A DNA stretch of 64,000 nt. It comes from Verrucomicrobiota bacterium (GTDB lineage: Bacteria; Verrucomicrobiota; Verrucomicrobiia; JABWAM01). The stretch is from assembly GCA_023269615.1 (NCBI GenBank), contig JAHFSY010000020.1, positions 3,873 to 67,872 of the forward strand, in the 5' to 3' direction. Position numbers and translations under genes: made by a program. Shown piece after piece: positions 7,767-18,009 of this stretch. The notes below the pieces were generated by a model, which worked only from the letters and a program-made list of their open reading frames with translations, was not told the DNA's origin and searched no databases. Each line of letters opens with the position of its first letter. Within the stretch, counting starts at the first letter, position 1.

Positions 7767-8875
7767 AGCGTTTTCCAGAATTCCACGGTTTGTCGTGCAA
7801 CCTGCCCGTTCGTAAATCGGGCGAGCACCCGCTCGCGTCCGAGTTTTCCAAGGCGCGTGCATTCCGATGGAGAATCCATGAGAGTCTTCAGTTTGAGCAG
7901 CAGATCATCGGAGGAACCTTCTTGAAAAAGAAGCCCGGCATCACCGATCACTTCGGGGATGGCGGCCGAAGTCGATCCGATCACGGGGACCTCGCACGCC
8001 ATCGCCTCGATGAGCACGTGGCCGAACTGCTCCTTCCATCGGGGGGTGGAAAAAGAGGGAAGCACCAGCATGTCCATCGCCCGGATATAATCCCGCACGG
8101 CATCATGAGGCACGGCGGGAACATGGACGAGCTGGATCCGGGTTTCGTTCTGAAAACGCAAGAGTTCGGATTCGAGAGGTCCCGAGCCCAGGATGAGGAG
8201 GGAGGCTGGTGAATCGAGTTTCTTTGCCGCGTCCAGCAACAGGCGGATTCCCTTTTCTTCGACAAGGCGGCCGATGAATCCAATGACCGGGGCCTTTAAT
8301 CCGAGGCGTTCGCGCAAAGCGACGCCGGAGCCGGGTGAATAAAAATCCGTGTCCACGCCGAGCTGGGGGATGACGGCCGTCTTGCCGCGAAAGCCATGGC
8401 GGCGGAGAATGTCGGCTGCCTCGCCGTTGCCGCAGATCGCTCCTTCCGAGTGATGGAGCGTGAAGCGTTCCACGGCGGTCCATGGCCAGCGGAGACGGGA
8501 TTCCCAATTGATCCAGGTAAAGAAGCAGCTTTTGGTTTTGCGGGACGCGCGGTTGCGTTCACGCAGGGCCTGGAGATAGACGAAGGCGGTGGTGCCCTGC
8601 TCGACGTGCAGAATGTCAAAGTTGCCCGCGCCCAGTCCGCGTGAGAATTTCGGCGCGAAGAAGTACTGGTCCTCTCGGCCGGTGCGCAGCGCGTGGTGAA
8701 TGCGGATGCGGAAGCGGGGCTGCTCGACGGGGGTTGGGCGATAGTCGTGTTCCCAGCTTGGCCAGTGATGGGGCAGGTGGAGCTCGACGTCGGCGAGGCC
8801 GTCGCGAGCCATGAGTTCCCACTTGGCGCGGTTGTCCCGGGCAACGCAGGCGTGGCTGATGACGAGCGCGCGCAT
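7763..8875 (-). CDS. glycosyltransferase family 4
   Basis: Motifs GFIGRLVEEKG and EQFGHVLIEAMACEVPVIG. Confidence 0.92.
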   Translation of the reverse strand: MRALVISHACVARDNRAKWELMARDGLADVELHLPHHWPSWEHDYRPTPVEQPRFRIRIHHALRTGREDQYFFAPKFSRGLGAGNFDILHVEQGTTAFVYLQALRERNRASRKTKSCFFTWINWESRLRWPWTAVERFTLHHSEGAICGNGEAADILRRHGFRGKTAVIPQLGVDTDFYSPGSGVALRERLGLKAPVIGFIGRLVEEKGIRLLLDAAKKLDSPASLLILGSGPLESELLRFQNETRIQLVHVPAVPHDAVRDYIRAMDMLVLPSFSTPRWKEQFGHVLIEAMACEVPVIGSTSAAIPEVIGDAGLLFQEGSSDDLLLKLKTLMDSPSECTRLGKLGRERVLARFTNGQVARQTVEFWKTL

Positions 8876-8876
8876 C

Positions 8877-9803
8877 TCAGTTTCCGCCCGGCTTGACGGC
8901 CTCAAAAAAGAGGAACCATCCGAAGAGAGAGTTGATCCATGCGTCGAACCTTGCGGCGGCTTCTGGATTCAGGCGGTGGAGGATGGGAGAGATTTTTGGG
9001 AAGGCATCCGAGCCGCTTTCCTGGAGGATGCGGCAGCGGATGTTTTTGAAATTCTTGAGCAGGCGGTGGTGGATTTCGGCGCAGGTGTAGTGCCGTGCGA
9101 TGGCACCATCCGTGAAAGTCTGGTTCACTTCATCGAGATTCATGCGAAGCAGTTTGCCATGGAGGAGTCCGTGCTGGATACCGCCAATGATCCAGTAACG
9201 AACACTGGTTCGGTGATAGACCATCGCCTGAAAAAGTCCGCCGGGCTTGAGCACACGCAGCACCTCGCCCACAATGGTGTCCGTGCGGGAGGAATGGTGG
9301 ATGACGCCCCACGACCAGATGCGGTCGAATGTGTTGTCGCGGAAGGGGAGGCGTTCGCCATCAGCTTGGGCCACGGATGCGGGGATTTTCCCTTGGTCAA
9401 AGCGTTTGCGCGCGAGGCGGGAAGCGCGGCGGGTGAGGTCCATGGTGGTGATGCGCGCACCGGCGTGGCTCCAGAGCGAGGCGTGGAGACCCATGCCGCA
9501 GCCGATTTCGAGCACGCGCTGCCCGCGCACCTGCTTCCAGTCAATGAGACGCGCGTAAGGTTCCTCCGAGGGAAGGCTGGGATGTCCGAAGGGCCGGTGC
9601 GCTTCGAGGGCGCGCTGGTCGCTTTGCTGGAAAAATTCGGGCGTGCCTTCCTCCGCCTGGATGCGTCCCTCCCAGTCGTAGGTCATGGGGTTGGAAGACC
9701 ACCAGGAGGCATTGGCTTGCTGCGTTGAATCCTGGGTTTGCACGGGAGTGGGGTTCGGTGTCGTGAGGAATGCTCGTCTGCGATTGACTGCCGGCGACCT
9801 CAT
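8877..9803 (-). CDS. class I SAM-dependent methyltransferase
   Basis: Motifs VLEIGCGMG, DGERLPF, WSWGVIHH, LKPGG. The true start may be GTG 9743. Confidence 0.9.
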   Translation of the reverse strand: MRSPAVNRRRAFLTTPNPTPVQTQDSTQQANASWWSSNPMTYDWEGRIQAEEGTPEFFQQSDQRALEAHRPFGHPSLPSEEPYARLIDWKQVRGQRVLEIGCGMGLHASLWSHAGARITTMDLTRRASRLARKRFDQGKIPASVAQADGERLPFRDNTFDRIWSWGVIHHSSRTDTIVGEVLRVLKPGGLFQAMVYHRTSVRYWIIGGIQHGLLHGKLLRMNLDEVNQTFTDGAIARHYTCAEIHHRLLKNFKNIRCRILQESGSDAFPKISPILHRLNPEAAARFDAWINSLFGWFLFFEAVKPGGN

Positions 9804-9828
9804 TCCACGGCGAAGTCAACCGATCAAA

Positions 9829-10902
9829 CTACCTGGCGAGTGAAAAATCGCGGAATTCGTTGAGCTTCTCGAGGGCGGCCTTGCTGTCGAGAATCGTGGC
9901 ACCCAGCTGGACGCCTTGCTCAATGCTCTTGGCCATGCCGTAGAGGACGAATCCCACGCTGGCGTTGTACAGAAGGAAGTCGCGCTTCGCGCCTTTCTCC
10001 TCACCCGAGAGAAGATCGTGGATGATGCGCGCGTTGGTCTTTGCGTCGCCGCCCTTCAATTCCTCGAGCTTGGACGGCTTGATCCCAAAAGAGGCGGCGT
10101 CCACTTCGAGTGTTTCGACGTTTCCGTTGGAATGGAGCTGGGAGAGCTTGGAAATTCCCATGGTGGAGAGCTCGTCGAGGCACGGTTTCTTGTCGGCGGT
10201 GTAGCCATGCACCACAAGCGCCCGCTTGGCTTTCATGAGAAAAAGGACCTGCGCGTAGAGGTCGGTGAGCACGGGATCGTACACGCCGATGACCTGGATG
10301 TTTGGGCGCGCGGGGTTGACGAGCGGGCCGAGGAGGTTGAAGACGGTGCGCTTGCCCTGCTGGGCAAGGAAATCACGCACTGGTTTAATCACCTTGAAGG
10401 TCTTGTGATACTGGGGCGCGAAAAGGAATCCGATCTTGTGCGTCTCCACGCACTGGCGGAGGCGGTCGGGGGGCATCTCAATATTGACACCCAGGGCTTC
10501 GAGGACATCGGCGCTCCCGCATTGCGAGGTGATCGCGCGGTTGCCGTGCTTGGCAACGGGAACCCCGCCGGCGGCGAGCACGAAGGCCGCGGCTGTGGAG
10601 ACGTTGAATGTTTGGGATCCATCAGCCCCCGTCCCACAGGTGTCGAGAAGCTTGCCGCCGATGACGCCGAGGTCAATGTGAGGATCCACAGCAAGGTCGC
10701 GAAGAAGAATTGCGAAGTCGGCGACTTCGCGCGGCGTTTCACCCTTGCGAGCCAGGCAGAGCAGGAATTCAGCCTTCATTTCGATGGACACCTCCGGCGC
10801 CATGAGGTCATGGATGGCCTGTTCGATCTCCGTCGCGGCAAGATCCTGCCCCTCCGCGGCATGCTGGCTTAACAGGGGAAGTTGCGATTGGGCGTTGAGC
10901 AC
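9829..10902 (-). CDS. trpD: anthranilate phosphoribosyltransferase
   Basis: Motifs DTCGTGADG, FNVST, KHGNRAITS, GSADVLEALG, FNLLGPL. GTG start at 10902. Confidence 0.96.
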   Translation of the reverse strand: MLNAQSQLPLLSQHAAEGQDLAATEIEQAIHDLMAPEVSIEMKAEFLLCLARKGETPREVADFAILLRDLAVDPHIDLGVIGGKLLDTCGTGADGSQTFNVSTAAAFVLAAGGVPVAKHGNRAITSQCGSADVLEALGVNIEMPPDRLRQCVETHKIGFLFAPQYHKTFKVIKPVRDFLAQQGKRTVFNLLGPLVNPARPNIQVIGVYDPVLTDLYAQVLFLMKAKRALVVHGYTADKKPCLDELSTMGISKLSQLHSNGNVETLEVDAASFGIKPSKLEELKGGDAKTNARIIHDLLSGEEKGAKRDFLLYNASVGFVLYGMAKSIEQGVQLGATILDSKAALEKLNEFRDFSLAR

Positions 10903-11054
10903 GGCATATCTGTAACCCAAACAGCCACAATAAGAAAGAGAAAAATAAGGGGCGTTTAACAGGGAACATCGGGCATTTGACATGGGGCATGGAGAACTGG
11001 AAGTTTGCTTTCCCTTCTCCGCTCTGCTGCAGTCCGCGTTGGCTCCATGATTTT

Positions 11055-11828
11055 ATGAAATCCATCCCCATAACCCTTGAAGGAAAAGTGGCCATCGTGA
11101 CCGGAGGCGCCTCCGGAATCGGGGAGGCCATGGTGAAAACATTCGGCCGTGCCGGTGCCACGGTGGTGATCGCCGACCTGAATGAAAAGAATGGCCCGCG
11201 TGTCGAAAAGGAATGCGTCGCAGAAGGGTCCAAGGCCTGGTTTTGGAGGACGGACGTGAGCAAGGAGGATTCGGTCACGGCGCTTATCACGGAAGTGAAC
11301 AAGCGGGAGCAGCGTCTTGATGTGCTCGTCAACAACGCTGCGTGGATTCATCCCGACATGTACAAGCCTTTTTTGGAACAGCCCCTGGCGGAGTGGGACA
11401 AGACACAGGACATCAATTTTCGCGGTGCGATGCTGTGCTGCAAGGCGGCGCTGCCGCTTCTTGAAAAGACCCGGGGCAACATCATCGGCGTGGCCTCGGT
11501 CCTTGCCTCGGTGGTGACGCTCAACGGCGCGGCCTATTGCGCATCCAAGGCCGGCCTGCAGCATCTCATCAAGGCGATCGCCCTTGAATACGGCCCCAAG
11601 GGAGTTCGCGCCAACCTGCTTGCGCCCGGATGGATTGACACCGCCGGCGTGGCGTTCGCAACCACGGATAAAAAGGTCGTGCAAGCCCAGCTTGACAGGA
11701 TGGTGCCCCTTGGACGCCTCGGCACACCCCAGGAACTGGCAAACGTCGCTCTGTTCCTTGCAAGCGACCTTGCGTCGTTCGTGACGGGCAGCGTATTCGG
11801 CGCCGACGGCGGCTGGCTTTTGCAGTGA
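11055..11828 (+). CDS. classical short-chain dehydrogenase/reductase (SDR)
   Basis: Motifs TGGASGIG, NNAA, YCASK, PGWIDT. Confidence 0.93.
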   Translation: MKSIPITLEGKVAIVTGGASGIGEAMVKTFGRAGATVVIADLNEKNGPRVEKECVAEGSKAWFWRTDVSKEDSVTALITEVNKREQRLDVLVNNAAWIHPDMYKPFLEQPLAEWDKTQDINFRGAMLCCKAALPLLEKTRGNIIGVASVLASVVTLNGAAYCASKAGLQHLIKAIALEYGPKGVRANLLAPGWIDTAGVAFATTDKKVVQAQLDRMVPLGRLGTPQELANVALFLASDLASFVTGSVFGADGGWLLQ

Positions 11829-11860
11829 GGATGTTTCCAACGGGACATGCGTGCTGGAAT

Positions 11861-11933
11861 GTAGGAGCCGCTGTCAGCGGCGACCGGGAGTGGTTGGGCG
11901 GTGCGGAGATCGCCGCTGACAGCGGCTCCTACA
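11861..11933. repeat. GTAG REP doublet (REPIN), family A
   Basis: gtaggagccgctgtcagcggcga...tcgccgctgacagcggctcctac. Other copies at 13056 and 32279, and a half copy at 56964. Confidence 0.9.
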
Positions 11934-12044
11934 AAACTCCCAATCCGAAATCTGTGTTTTTCTGCGTTCATCTGCGGAGAAAACGGGATGACGTGATTCT
12001 TCTGGGTTGAAGGGCCAACCCGTCTCTGTTTAAGTAGCCCGCCT

Positions 12045-13013
12045 ATGTCACGAATCTCCCAGCTCTGCGCCCGCTTCCGCCGTCGGATTCAAGGTAAAAT
12101 TATTCCTGCTGTTCCTGTTCCTTTTGACTCACGAGGGCGGATTGTCTGGAAGGCGCAGGAAAAATATGCGGCATGGATGGCCCGCCAGCCGATCGCAGGC
12201 GTTTCCCTCTGGGTTCACACGGGGCGTGGACTTTTTCTCACACCCGCGCAGCGCGCCGATGTGTTTCGTTGCTGGCGCGGCGCGCTGAAGAAAGAGCATC
12301 TGATCGTCACGGGCGTGGGCGCGCCCAAGGGCGCGTCGGATGTGACGGGCGCTTCCGTGCGGATGGGCGAGGAGGCGGTTGAGCTTGGTGCGGATGCTTT
12401 CCTCGTGTATGCGCCGGTGCCGTTTCGCGGGCAGCGCGACCAGGATGCGAAAATCATCCGTCATCACCAGGCGGTTGCGCGTCTTGGCACTCCGCTCATT
12501 CTTTTTTATTTGTACGAGGCGGCGGGCGGAATCTCCTATTCGCTGCCTTTGCTGAAAAAACTCCTTGCGATTGATGGAGTGGCGGGGATCAAGATGGCGA
12601 CGCTCGACAGCGTGATGACCTACCAGGATGTGTCGGAGATGATCCGCCGTTATTTTCCAGAGCAGATGATGATCACGGGCGAGGATCGAATGCTCGGGTA
12701 CACGTTCATGAGGGGGGCGAAGTCAGCACTGATCGGCATGGGATCGGCCTGCACGAAATTGCAGGCGGACCTGCTGACGGCCCACCGCAAGGGCGATGCG
12801 GCGCGGTTCCTCAAACTTTCCAACAAGGTGGACGCATTGGCGGAGGTGACGTTCATCCGTCCGATGGAGGGCTACATCCAGCGGATGCTCTGGGCGCTGG
12901 CGCTTGCAAAAATCATCCCTCTCGGTGTCTGCAACGATCCGTGGGGCCCGAAGATTCCGGGATCGGAATTCGACCAGCTGAAGCGGGTGATGCGCGAGAT
13001 CGGGGAGATATGA
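12045..13013 (+). CDS. DapA/DHDPS-like class I aldolase or dehydratase (atypical motif)
   Basis: Motifs PAVPVPF, catalytic Tyr (FYLY), Schiff-base Lys (VAGIK) and TGED. The usual GxTGE is replaced by HTGRG. Confidence 0.85.
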   Translation: MSRISQLCARFRRRIQGKIIPAVPVPFDSRGRIVWKAQEKYAAWMARQPIAGVSLWVHTGRGLFLTPAQRADVFRCWRGALKKEHLIVTGVGAPKGASDVTGASVRMGEEAVELGADAFLVYAPVPFRGQRDQDAKIIRHHQAVARLGTPLILFYLYEAAGGISYSLPLLKKLLAIDGVAGIKMATLDSVMTYQDVSEMIRRYFPEQMMITGEDRMLGYTFMRGAKSALIGMGSACTKLQADLLTAHRKGDAARFLKLSNKVDALAEVTFIRPMEGYIQRMLWALALAKIIPLGVCNDPWGPKIPGSEFDQLKRVMREIGEI

Positions 13014-13055
13014 GTGACAAACCACTCCGTTTTCCACAGCGCATTTTCTCGCTTG

Positions 13056-13119
13056 TAGGAGCGGCTGTCAGCCGCGACCGGGCGTTCCCGGGGATCGCCG
13101 CTGACAGCGGCTCCTACAA
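13056..13119. repeat. GTAG REP doublet, family A
   Basis: gtaggagcggctgtcagccgcga...tcgccgctgacagcggctcctac. Confidence 0.9.
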
Positions 13120-13155
13120 GAGGCGGCGAGAGGTGTCGGTTAAACTGCCACAAAT

Positions 13156-14373
13156 ATGAGCGTGTACTTGTTGCCGACAGACTTGACGATTCCGGCTGAT
13201 GACCGTTCCCGCCTGGAACGGGATTACGCGCGTTACGCCACCGATGCGCTTCCGTCGGCCTGGGAAGACCTTGTACGACAGGAATACGATCTCGACGTTG
13301 CGAGCACGTACGCCGGCATGCCGATCCGCAACCCGTTCGGCAAGGCGAGCGGGCAGCTTTCCCTCAACATCGCGCAGGTGCGCAACGACGGCGAGGCGGG
13401 GCTCGGATTTGTGATTTTGAAAACCGTGATCGCGCAGGATGAAACCGGCGCGCAGATGATGCAGGACTGGGCGATCAAGGAAACGAAGATGCTCGTCGAA
13501 GAGATCACGGGCAAGAGCGGTGAGAAGGGTTTCACCGTCACGTGGAAGGGACGCGGCTGGTATGACACGTTCGACGCCTACCTGAAATTCATGCGCGAGG
13601 CCCTCGACCTTGGCTCGAAGCACGGGATGCTCATCGTGCCATCGGTGAAATATCATTTGCCGGTTACGGAGGAATTCAAGCTGTCGGAATACAAATTCAC
13701 GACGCGTTCGTTGCAAGGGGTGTGGAGTGAAAAGCATCCCGATCTTCCGATGCCGCTTGAAAAGGATTTTTCGCCGACGCTTGCGGGCTCTGACCGCTCG
13801 AAGCAGAAGGAGACGATCCTGCGCTGGCTGGAGAACGTGCCGAAGCTGTTGAAGCATTCAGCGACAAAGCCCGGGGCCATTCGCGTCGGGCTGAAGCTCA
13901 TGAACACGATGTTCAAGGACACGTTCCAGGGCGAGATGCTTCGCACGGTGCTCGCTGGGCCGGTGAAGCCGGATTTTTTGATTCTTTTCAACCGCATGTT
14001 TGATCCGAAAAAGGAATTCGACGGCAAAGTGGGCGTGGCGTTTGGCGGCCCCGACCTCTCCGACCGCAATTTTCGTTCGCTCGATGCGTGGCTGAAGGAG
14101 CACGATGGGAAGCCGCCGATCGAATTCAGCGCCACGGGAAACATCTGCTCAGGCCGCATGATGGTGGAATACGCGTTGCGCGGCGCGACGAGCGGGCAGA
14201 TCCACACGTATTTTCAGCTGCCGAGCACGAATTACAAAAAAGCGGATGGCAGCAAGACACAGAAGGCCATGCACGAGCTGGTGTTCCATCCGCAGAACGG
14301 ATTGGTCGCGGCGATGCTGCACTTGAAGGAAACGCGGGGCGTGAAGCGGTTTCTGGATATTCTTCCTCGATGA
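13156..14373 (+). CDS. FMN-binding TIM-barrel oxidoreductase related to dihydroorotate/dihydropyrimidine dehydrogenase
   Basis: Motifs YAGMPIRNPFGKASG, VILKTV, GGPDLS, SATGNI...GATSGQIHT. No canonical NxSCPN catalytic loop is visible. Confidence 0.7.
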   Translation: MSVYLLPTDLTIPADDRSRLERDYARYATDALPSAWEDLVRQEYDLDVASTYAGMPIRNPFGKASGQLSLNIAQVRNDGEAGLGFVILKTVIAQDETGAQMMQDWAIKETKMLVEEITGKSGEKGFTVTWKGRGWYDTFDAYLKFMREALDLGSKHGMLIVPSVKYHLPVTEEFKLSEYKFTTRSLQGVWSEKHPDLPMPLEKDFSPTLAGSDRSKQKETILRWLENVPKLLKHSATKPGAIRVGLKLMNTMFKDTFQGEMLRTVLAGPVKPDFLILFNRMFDPKKEFDGKVGVAFGGPDLSDRNFRSLDAWLKEHDGKPPIEFSATGNICSGRMMVEYALRGATSGQIHTYFQLPSTNYKKADGSKTQKAMHELVFHPQNGLVAAMLHLKETRGVKRFLDILPR

Positions 14374-14417
14374 GCGATGGCTTCTGATCCGTGCTCATCC
14401 GTGTTATCCGTGGTTCC

Positions 14418-15545
14418 ATGAAAGCCGTTGATTTGAAATTCATGCGGCGCGCCCTCACGCTGGCACGGCGAGGGCTTGGGCGCACGTCGCCGAATCCCTG
14501 CGTGGGCGCAGTGATCGTTCAGCGAGGGCGTGTCCTCGGCGAGGGCTGGCATCGTGGCGCAGGGCTGCGGCACGCGGAAGTGGAGGCGTTTGCCGATGCA
14601 CGTCGGCGAAAAATCCCGGTAAAGGGAGCCACGTTGTACGTGACGCTTGAGCCGTGCTGCACATGGGGACGAACACCGCCCTGCACCGAAGCGATCATTG
14701 ACGCTGGAATTCATCGCGTGGTTGCCGGCGCCGTGGACCCGAATCCGAAACACGCGGGAAAAGGATTTCGGATTTTGAGAATGGCGGGAATCAAGGTGGT
14801 TGAGGGCGTGATGGCCGACGAATGCGTGAAATTGAATGAAGGATGGAATCACTGGATGACGCATCGCATGCCGTGGGTGATCGCCAAGTGCGGGATGACG
14901 CTCGATGGAAAAATTGCGACAGCGAATGGAGAAAGCAAATGGATCACGTCAGAGGCGTCACGTCACGAAGCCCATCGCCTTCGCGCACAGACGGACGCGA
15001 TCCTCGTTGGTGTGAACACGGTGTTGAAGGATGACCCGCATTTAAATGTACGCGGCGTAAAGTTTCACGGAAAGCAGCCACTGTGCGTGGTGCTGGACAG
15101 CCGGGCACGGACGATGTCGGATGCAAAAATTCTAAAGGGTGGGCGGGCATGCATTATAACGGGGCGAAAAGTTTCCCCTGCAAAAGTCGCGCGCTTAAAG
15201 AAGGCGGGTGCGATGGTGTTGCAAGTCCGGACAGGTCGTCATGGGCTTGATTTGCGCGAGACGCTTCGCTTGCTCGGAAAACAGAATGTGACGAGCGTGT
15301 TGGTGGAGGGCGGGGGGGAGATGCTCGGCTCATTCTTTCAGGAGAAGCTGGTGAATGAAGCTGTACTTTTCATCGCCCCAATCATTCTTGGGGGAAAGGA
15401 GAGCGTGAAGGCTGTGGCCGGCGAGGGAGTCCGCCTATGGAACGATGCTGTGATGTTGGAAGGAATGACCGTGAGACGGGTGGGGGTGGATTTGATGGTG
15501 GAAGGAAAGGTCGGAAGGTTCAAACCAGCAACCAGAAGCCAGTAG
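14418..15545 (+). CDS. ribD: bifunctional riboflavin biosynthesis deaminase/reductase
   Basis: Motifs TSPNPCVG, HAE, LEPCC...TPPC, TLDGKIA, EGGG. Confidence 0.96.
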   Translation: MKAVDLKFMRRALTLARRGLGRTSPNPCVGAVIVQRGRVLGEGWHRGAGLRHAEVEAFADARRRKIPVKGATLYVTLEPCCTWGRTPPCTEAIIDAGIHRVVAGAVDPNPKHAGKGFRILRMAGIKVVEGVMADECVKLNEGWNHWMTHRMPWVIAKCGMTLDGKIATANGESKWITSEASRHEAHRLRAQTDAILVGVNTVLKDDPHLNVRGVKFHGKQPLCVVLDSRARTMSDAKILKGGRACIITGRKVSPAKVARLKKAGAMVLQVRTGRHGLDLRETLRLLGKQNVTSVLVEGGGEMLGSFFQEKLVNEAVLFIAPIILGGKESVKAVAGEGVRLWNDAVMLEGMTVRRVGVDLMVEGKVGRFKPATRSQ

Positions 15546-15581
15546 CCAGCAGCTTGCTCAGGAAAAGTTTTAACTCCGTCA

Positions 15582-15611
15582 TGGACAAAGGCTTGCGGGC
15601 TCCGGTAAAAT
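15582..15611 (+). promoter_or_regulatory. putative promoter of aroQ-accB-accC
   Basis: TGGACA-18 nt-TAAAAT, just upstream of TTG 15621. Confidence 0.4.
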
Positions 15612-15620
15612 GGGGGTCTA

Positions 15621-16079
15621 TTGAAAAACAAAGGAACATCCATTTTGATTCTCAACGGCCCCAACTTGAACATGCTCGGCACCCGCGAACCGGAGGTTTA
15701 CGGGAAGGAGACGCTGGCTGACATCGAGGCTTCGGTTTCCAAGAAGGCTTCCGAGCTGGGGGTTGAGGTTCAGTTTGTTCAATCCAATCACGAGGGAGTC
15801 CTGGTGGACCAGGTCCAGCAGGCCCGCGGGAAACGCAATGCCATCATCCTGAACGCGGGCGGCTACACGCACACCAGCGTGGCGCTGCGCGATGCGGTTG
15901 CGGCGGCAGGTGTGCCCACGATTGAACTTCACCTGAGCAACATTCATGCGCGTGAGTCGTTTCGAAACCATTCACTGCTCGCGCCGGTGTGCGTGGGACA
16001 GATTTGTGGATTTGGCGCCGCGGGATATCTGATGGCGCTGGAGGCGGCGACCCGCCTGCCACCTGCAAAGAAATCCTGA
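15621..16079 (+). CDS. aroQ: type II 3-dehydroquinate dehydratase
   Basis: Motifs [33 protein letters not shown]. Confidence 0.97.
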   Translation: MKNKGTSILILNGPNLNMLGTREPEVYGKETLADIEASVSKKASELGVEVQFVQSNHEGVLVDQVQQARGKRNAIILNAGGYTHTSVALRDAVAAAGVPTIELHLSNIHARESFRNHSLLAPVCVGQICGFGAAGYLMALEAATRLPPAKKS

Positions 16080-16105
16080 GTTGATTTGTCACAAGAGGAG
16101 GATCT

Positions 16106-16597
16106 GTGGAACTTAAAGAAATTAAATCCATCATTGACCTGATGACCCGGAACGATCTCACGGAGTTCGAACTGGAGAAGGGTGACGTCAAAATCCGTAT
16201 CAAGCGCGGCTCCGACGGGGTTTCGCATACGCTGACCACGCTACCCCGTGAGGGAAATGGCAATGGCGGTGTTCATGCCGATCCCTCCATGCCTGCTCCC
16301 ATGGCAGCTGCCCCAGCACCCGCTCCGGCCGCGGCGCCTGCGCCTGCAGCAAACGTGAAGGAGATCAAATCCCCCATGGTGGGAACGTTTTTCCGCTCGC
16401 CTTCGCCCGATACCGCTTCCTATGTCGAGATCGGACAGGCCGTCACCGAGGACACCGTGGTCTGCATCATCGAGGCCATGAAGGTGATGAACGAAATCAA
16501 AGCCGAGGTAAGGGGAGTCATCACCGAGGTTCTGGTCGAAAACGCCAAACCAGTCGAGTTTGGCAAACCGCTTTTCAAGGTCAAGGCGGCCTCCTAG
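16106..16597 (+). CDS. accB: acetyl-CoA carboxylase biotin carboxyl carrier protein
   Basis: SPMVGTF, EAMKVMN biotinylation motif and an Ala/Pro linker. Confidence 0.97.
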   Translation: MELKEIKSIIDLMTRNDLTEFELEKGDVKIRIKRGSDGVSHTLTTLPREGNGNGGVHADPSMPAPMAAAPAPAPAAAPAPAANVKEIKSPMVGTFFRSPSPDTASYVEIGQAVTEDTVVCIIEAMKVMNEIKAEVRGVITEVLVENAKPVEFGKPLFKVKAAS

Positions 16598-16618
16598 CCG
16601 CGCTTTCCCGCAGCGTCC

Positions 16619-17983
16619 ATGTTCGACAAGATCCTGATCGCCAACCGCGGCGAAATCGCCCTGCGCATCATCCGCGCCTGCAAGGAGCTCGGCGTCCGCA
16701 CGCTGGCGGTATATTCGGAAGTGGACGTGGACTCGCTCCATGTGCAGCTCGCCGACGAGGCCATTTGCATCGGCTCCGCTGCCTCCACGGAAAGCTATCT
16801 CAAGATTGACCGCATCATTTCCGCCGCCGAGGTGGGTGACGTGGACGCGATCCATCCGGGTTACGGTTTTCTCGCGGAGAACGCCCACTTCGCCGAAATT
16901 TGTGAGAACTGCAACATCAAGTTCATCGGCCCCAGCTCCACCGCAATCCGCTCGATGGGCGACAAGGCGAAGGCGCGTGAAGCGGCGCGCAAGGCCGGTG
17001 TTCCCATCGTGCCCGGCAGCGAGGGGCTCGTGGACAACGAACAGGAAGCCCTTCGCGTCGCGAAGAAGCTCGGCTACCCCGTCATGATCAAGGCCGTCGC
17101 GGGCGGGGGCGGACGCGGCATGCGCGCGGCGCACAACGACGTCAGCCTCGTGAAAGGTTTTTACACCGCCAAGACGGAGGCCGAGCGCGCGTTCAACAAC
17201 CCGGCCATCTACATGGAGAAGTTGATTGAGGACCCGCACCACATCGAGTTCCAGATTCTCGGCGACCAGCATGGCAACATCGTTCATCTTGGCGAGCGCG
17301 AATGCAGCGTGCAGCGCCGCCACCAGAAAATCACCGAGGAATGCCCCTCTCCCTTCATCACTCCCAGCCTTCGCAAGCAGATGGGCAAGGCGGCCATCCG
17401 CCTCGCCAGCGCGGTGAAGTATTCCAATGCGGGAACCATCGAATTTCTTGTGGACGGCAAGGGCGCTTTCTATTTTCTGGAGATGAACACCCGCATCCAG
17501 GTGGAGCATCCCGTCACCGAGGAGGTGTACAACGTGGACCTCGTGAAGCTCCAGATCCAGATTGCCAGCGGGTCGAAGCTCCCGTTCAGCCAGGGCGACC
17601 TCGTCCCGAAGGGCGCGGCCATCGAATGCCGGATCAATGCCGAGGATCCCGCCGCCAATTTCATGCCGTCGCCCGGGCGCGTGGACCTCTTTTACATGCC
17701 CGGCGGACGCGGTGTGCGCGTGGATTCGCACGTGTACAGCGGCTATACCATTCCGCCGACGTACGACTCGATGATCGGCAAGCTCATCACCTTCGGCCAC
17801 GACCGCCGGGAGGCGCTTGACCGCATGGCGCGCGCCCTCGACGAATGCGTCGTCAAGGGAATCAAGACCACGATCCCCCTGCTGAAAGCCGTGCTGCGCG
17901 ACCCGGATTTCCGGCGCGGCCAGTACAATCTCGATTTTCTCGGCAGGCTCCTCGGCATCAAGAAAGAGCAGGCCGAGGAATGA
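16619..17983 (+). CDS. accC: acetyl-CoA carboxylase biotin carboxylase subunit
   Basis: Motifs [37 protein letters not shown]. Confidence 0.98.
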   Translation: MFDKILIANRGEIALRIIRACKELGVRTLAVYSEVDVDSLHVQLADEAICIGSAASTESYLKIDRIISAAEVGDVDAIHPGYGFLAENAHFAEICENCNIKFIGPSSTAIRSMGDKAKAREAARKAGVPIVPGSEGLVDNEQEALRVAKKLGYPVMIKAVAGGGGRGMRAAHNDVSLVKGFYTAKTEAERAFNNPAIYMEKLIEDPHHIEFQILGDQHGNIVHLGERECSVQRRHQKITEECPSPFITPSLRKQMGKAAIRLASAVKYSNAGTIEFLVDGKGAFYFLEMNTRIQVEHPVTEEVYNVDLVKLQIQIASGSKLPFSQGDLVPKGAAIECRINAEDPAANFMPSPGRVDLFYMPGGRGVRVDSHVYSGYTIPPTYDSMIGKLITFGHDRREALDRMARALDECVVKGIKTTIPLLKAVLRDPDFRRGQYNLDFLGRLLGIKKEQAEE

Positions 17984-18009
17984 TCCTGCACAGATAAGCG
18001 GCAAAATTT

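Noticed and set aside
16241..18004. 587-aa minus-strand ORF
   Set aside because: It is an antisense shadow of accB/accC caused by GC codon bias. The same applies to 6576-7925, 23495-24649, 30737-32092 and 60595-61863.
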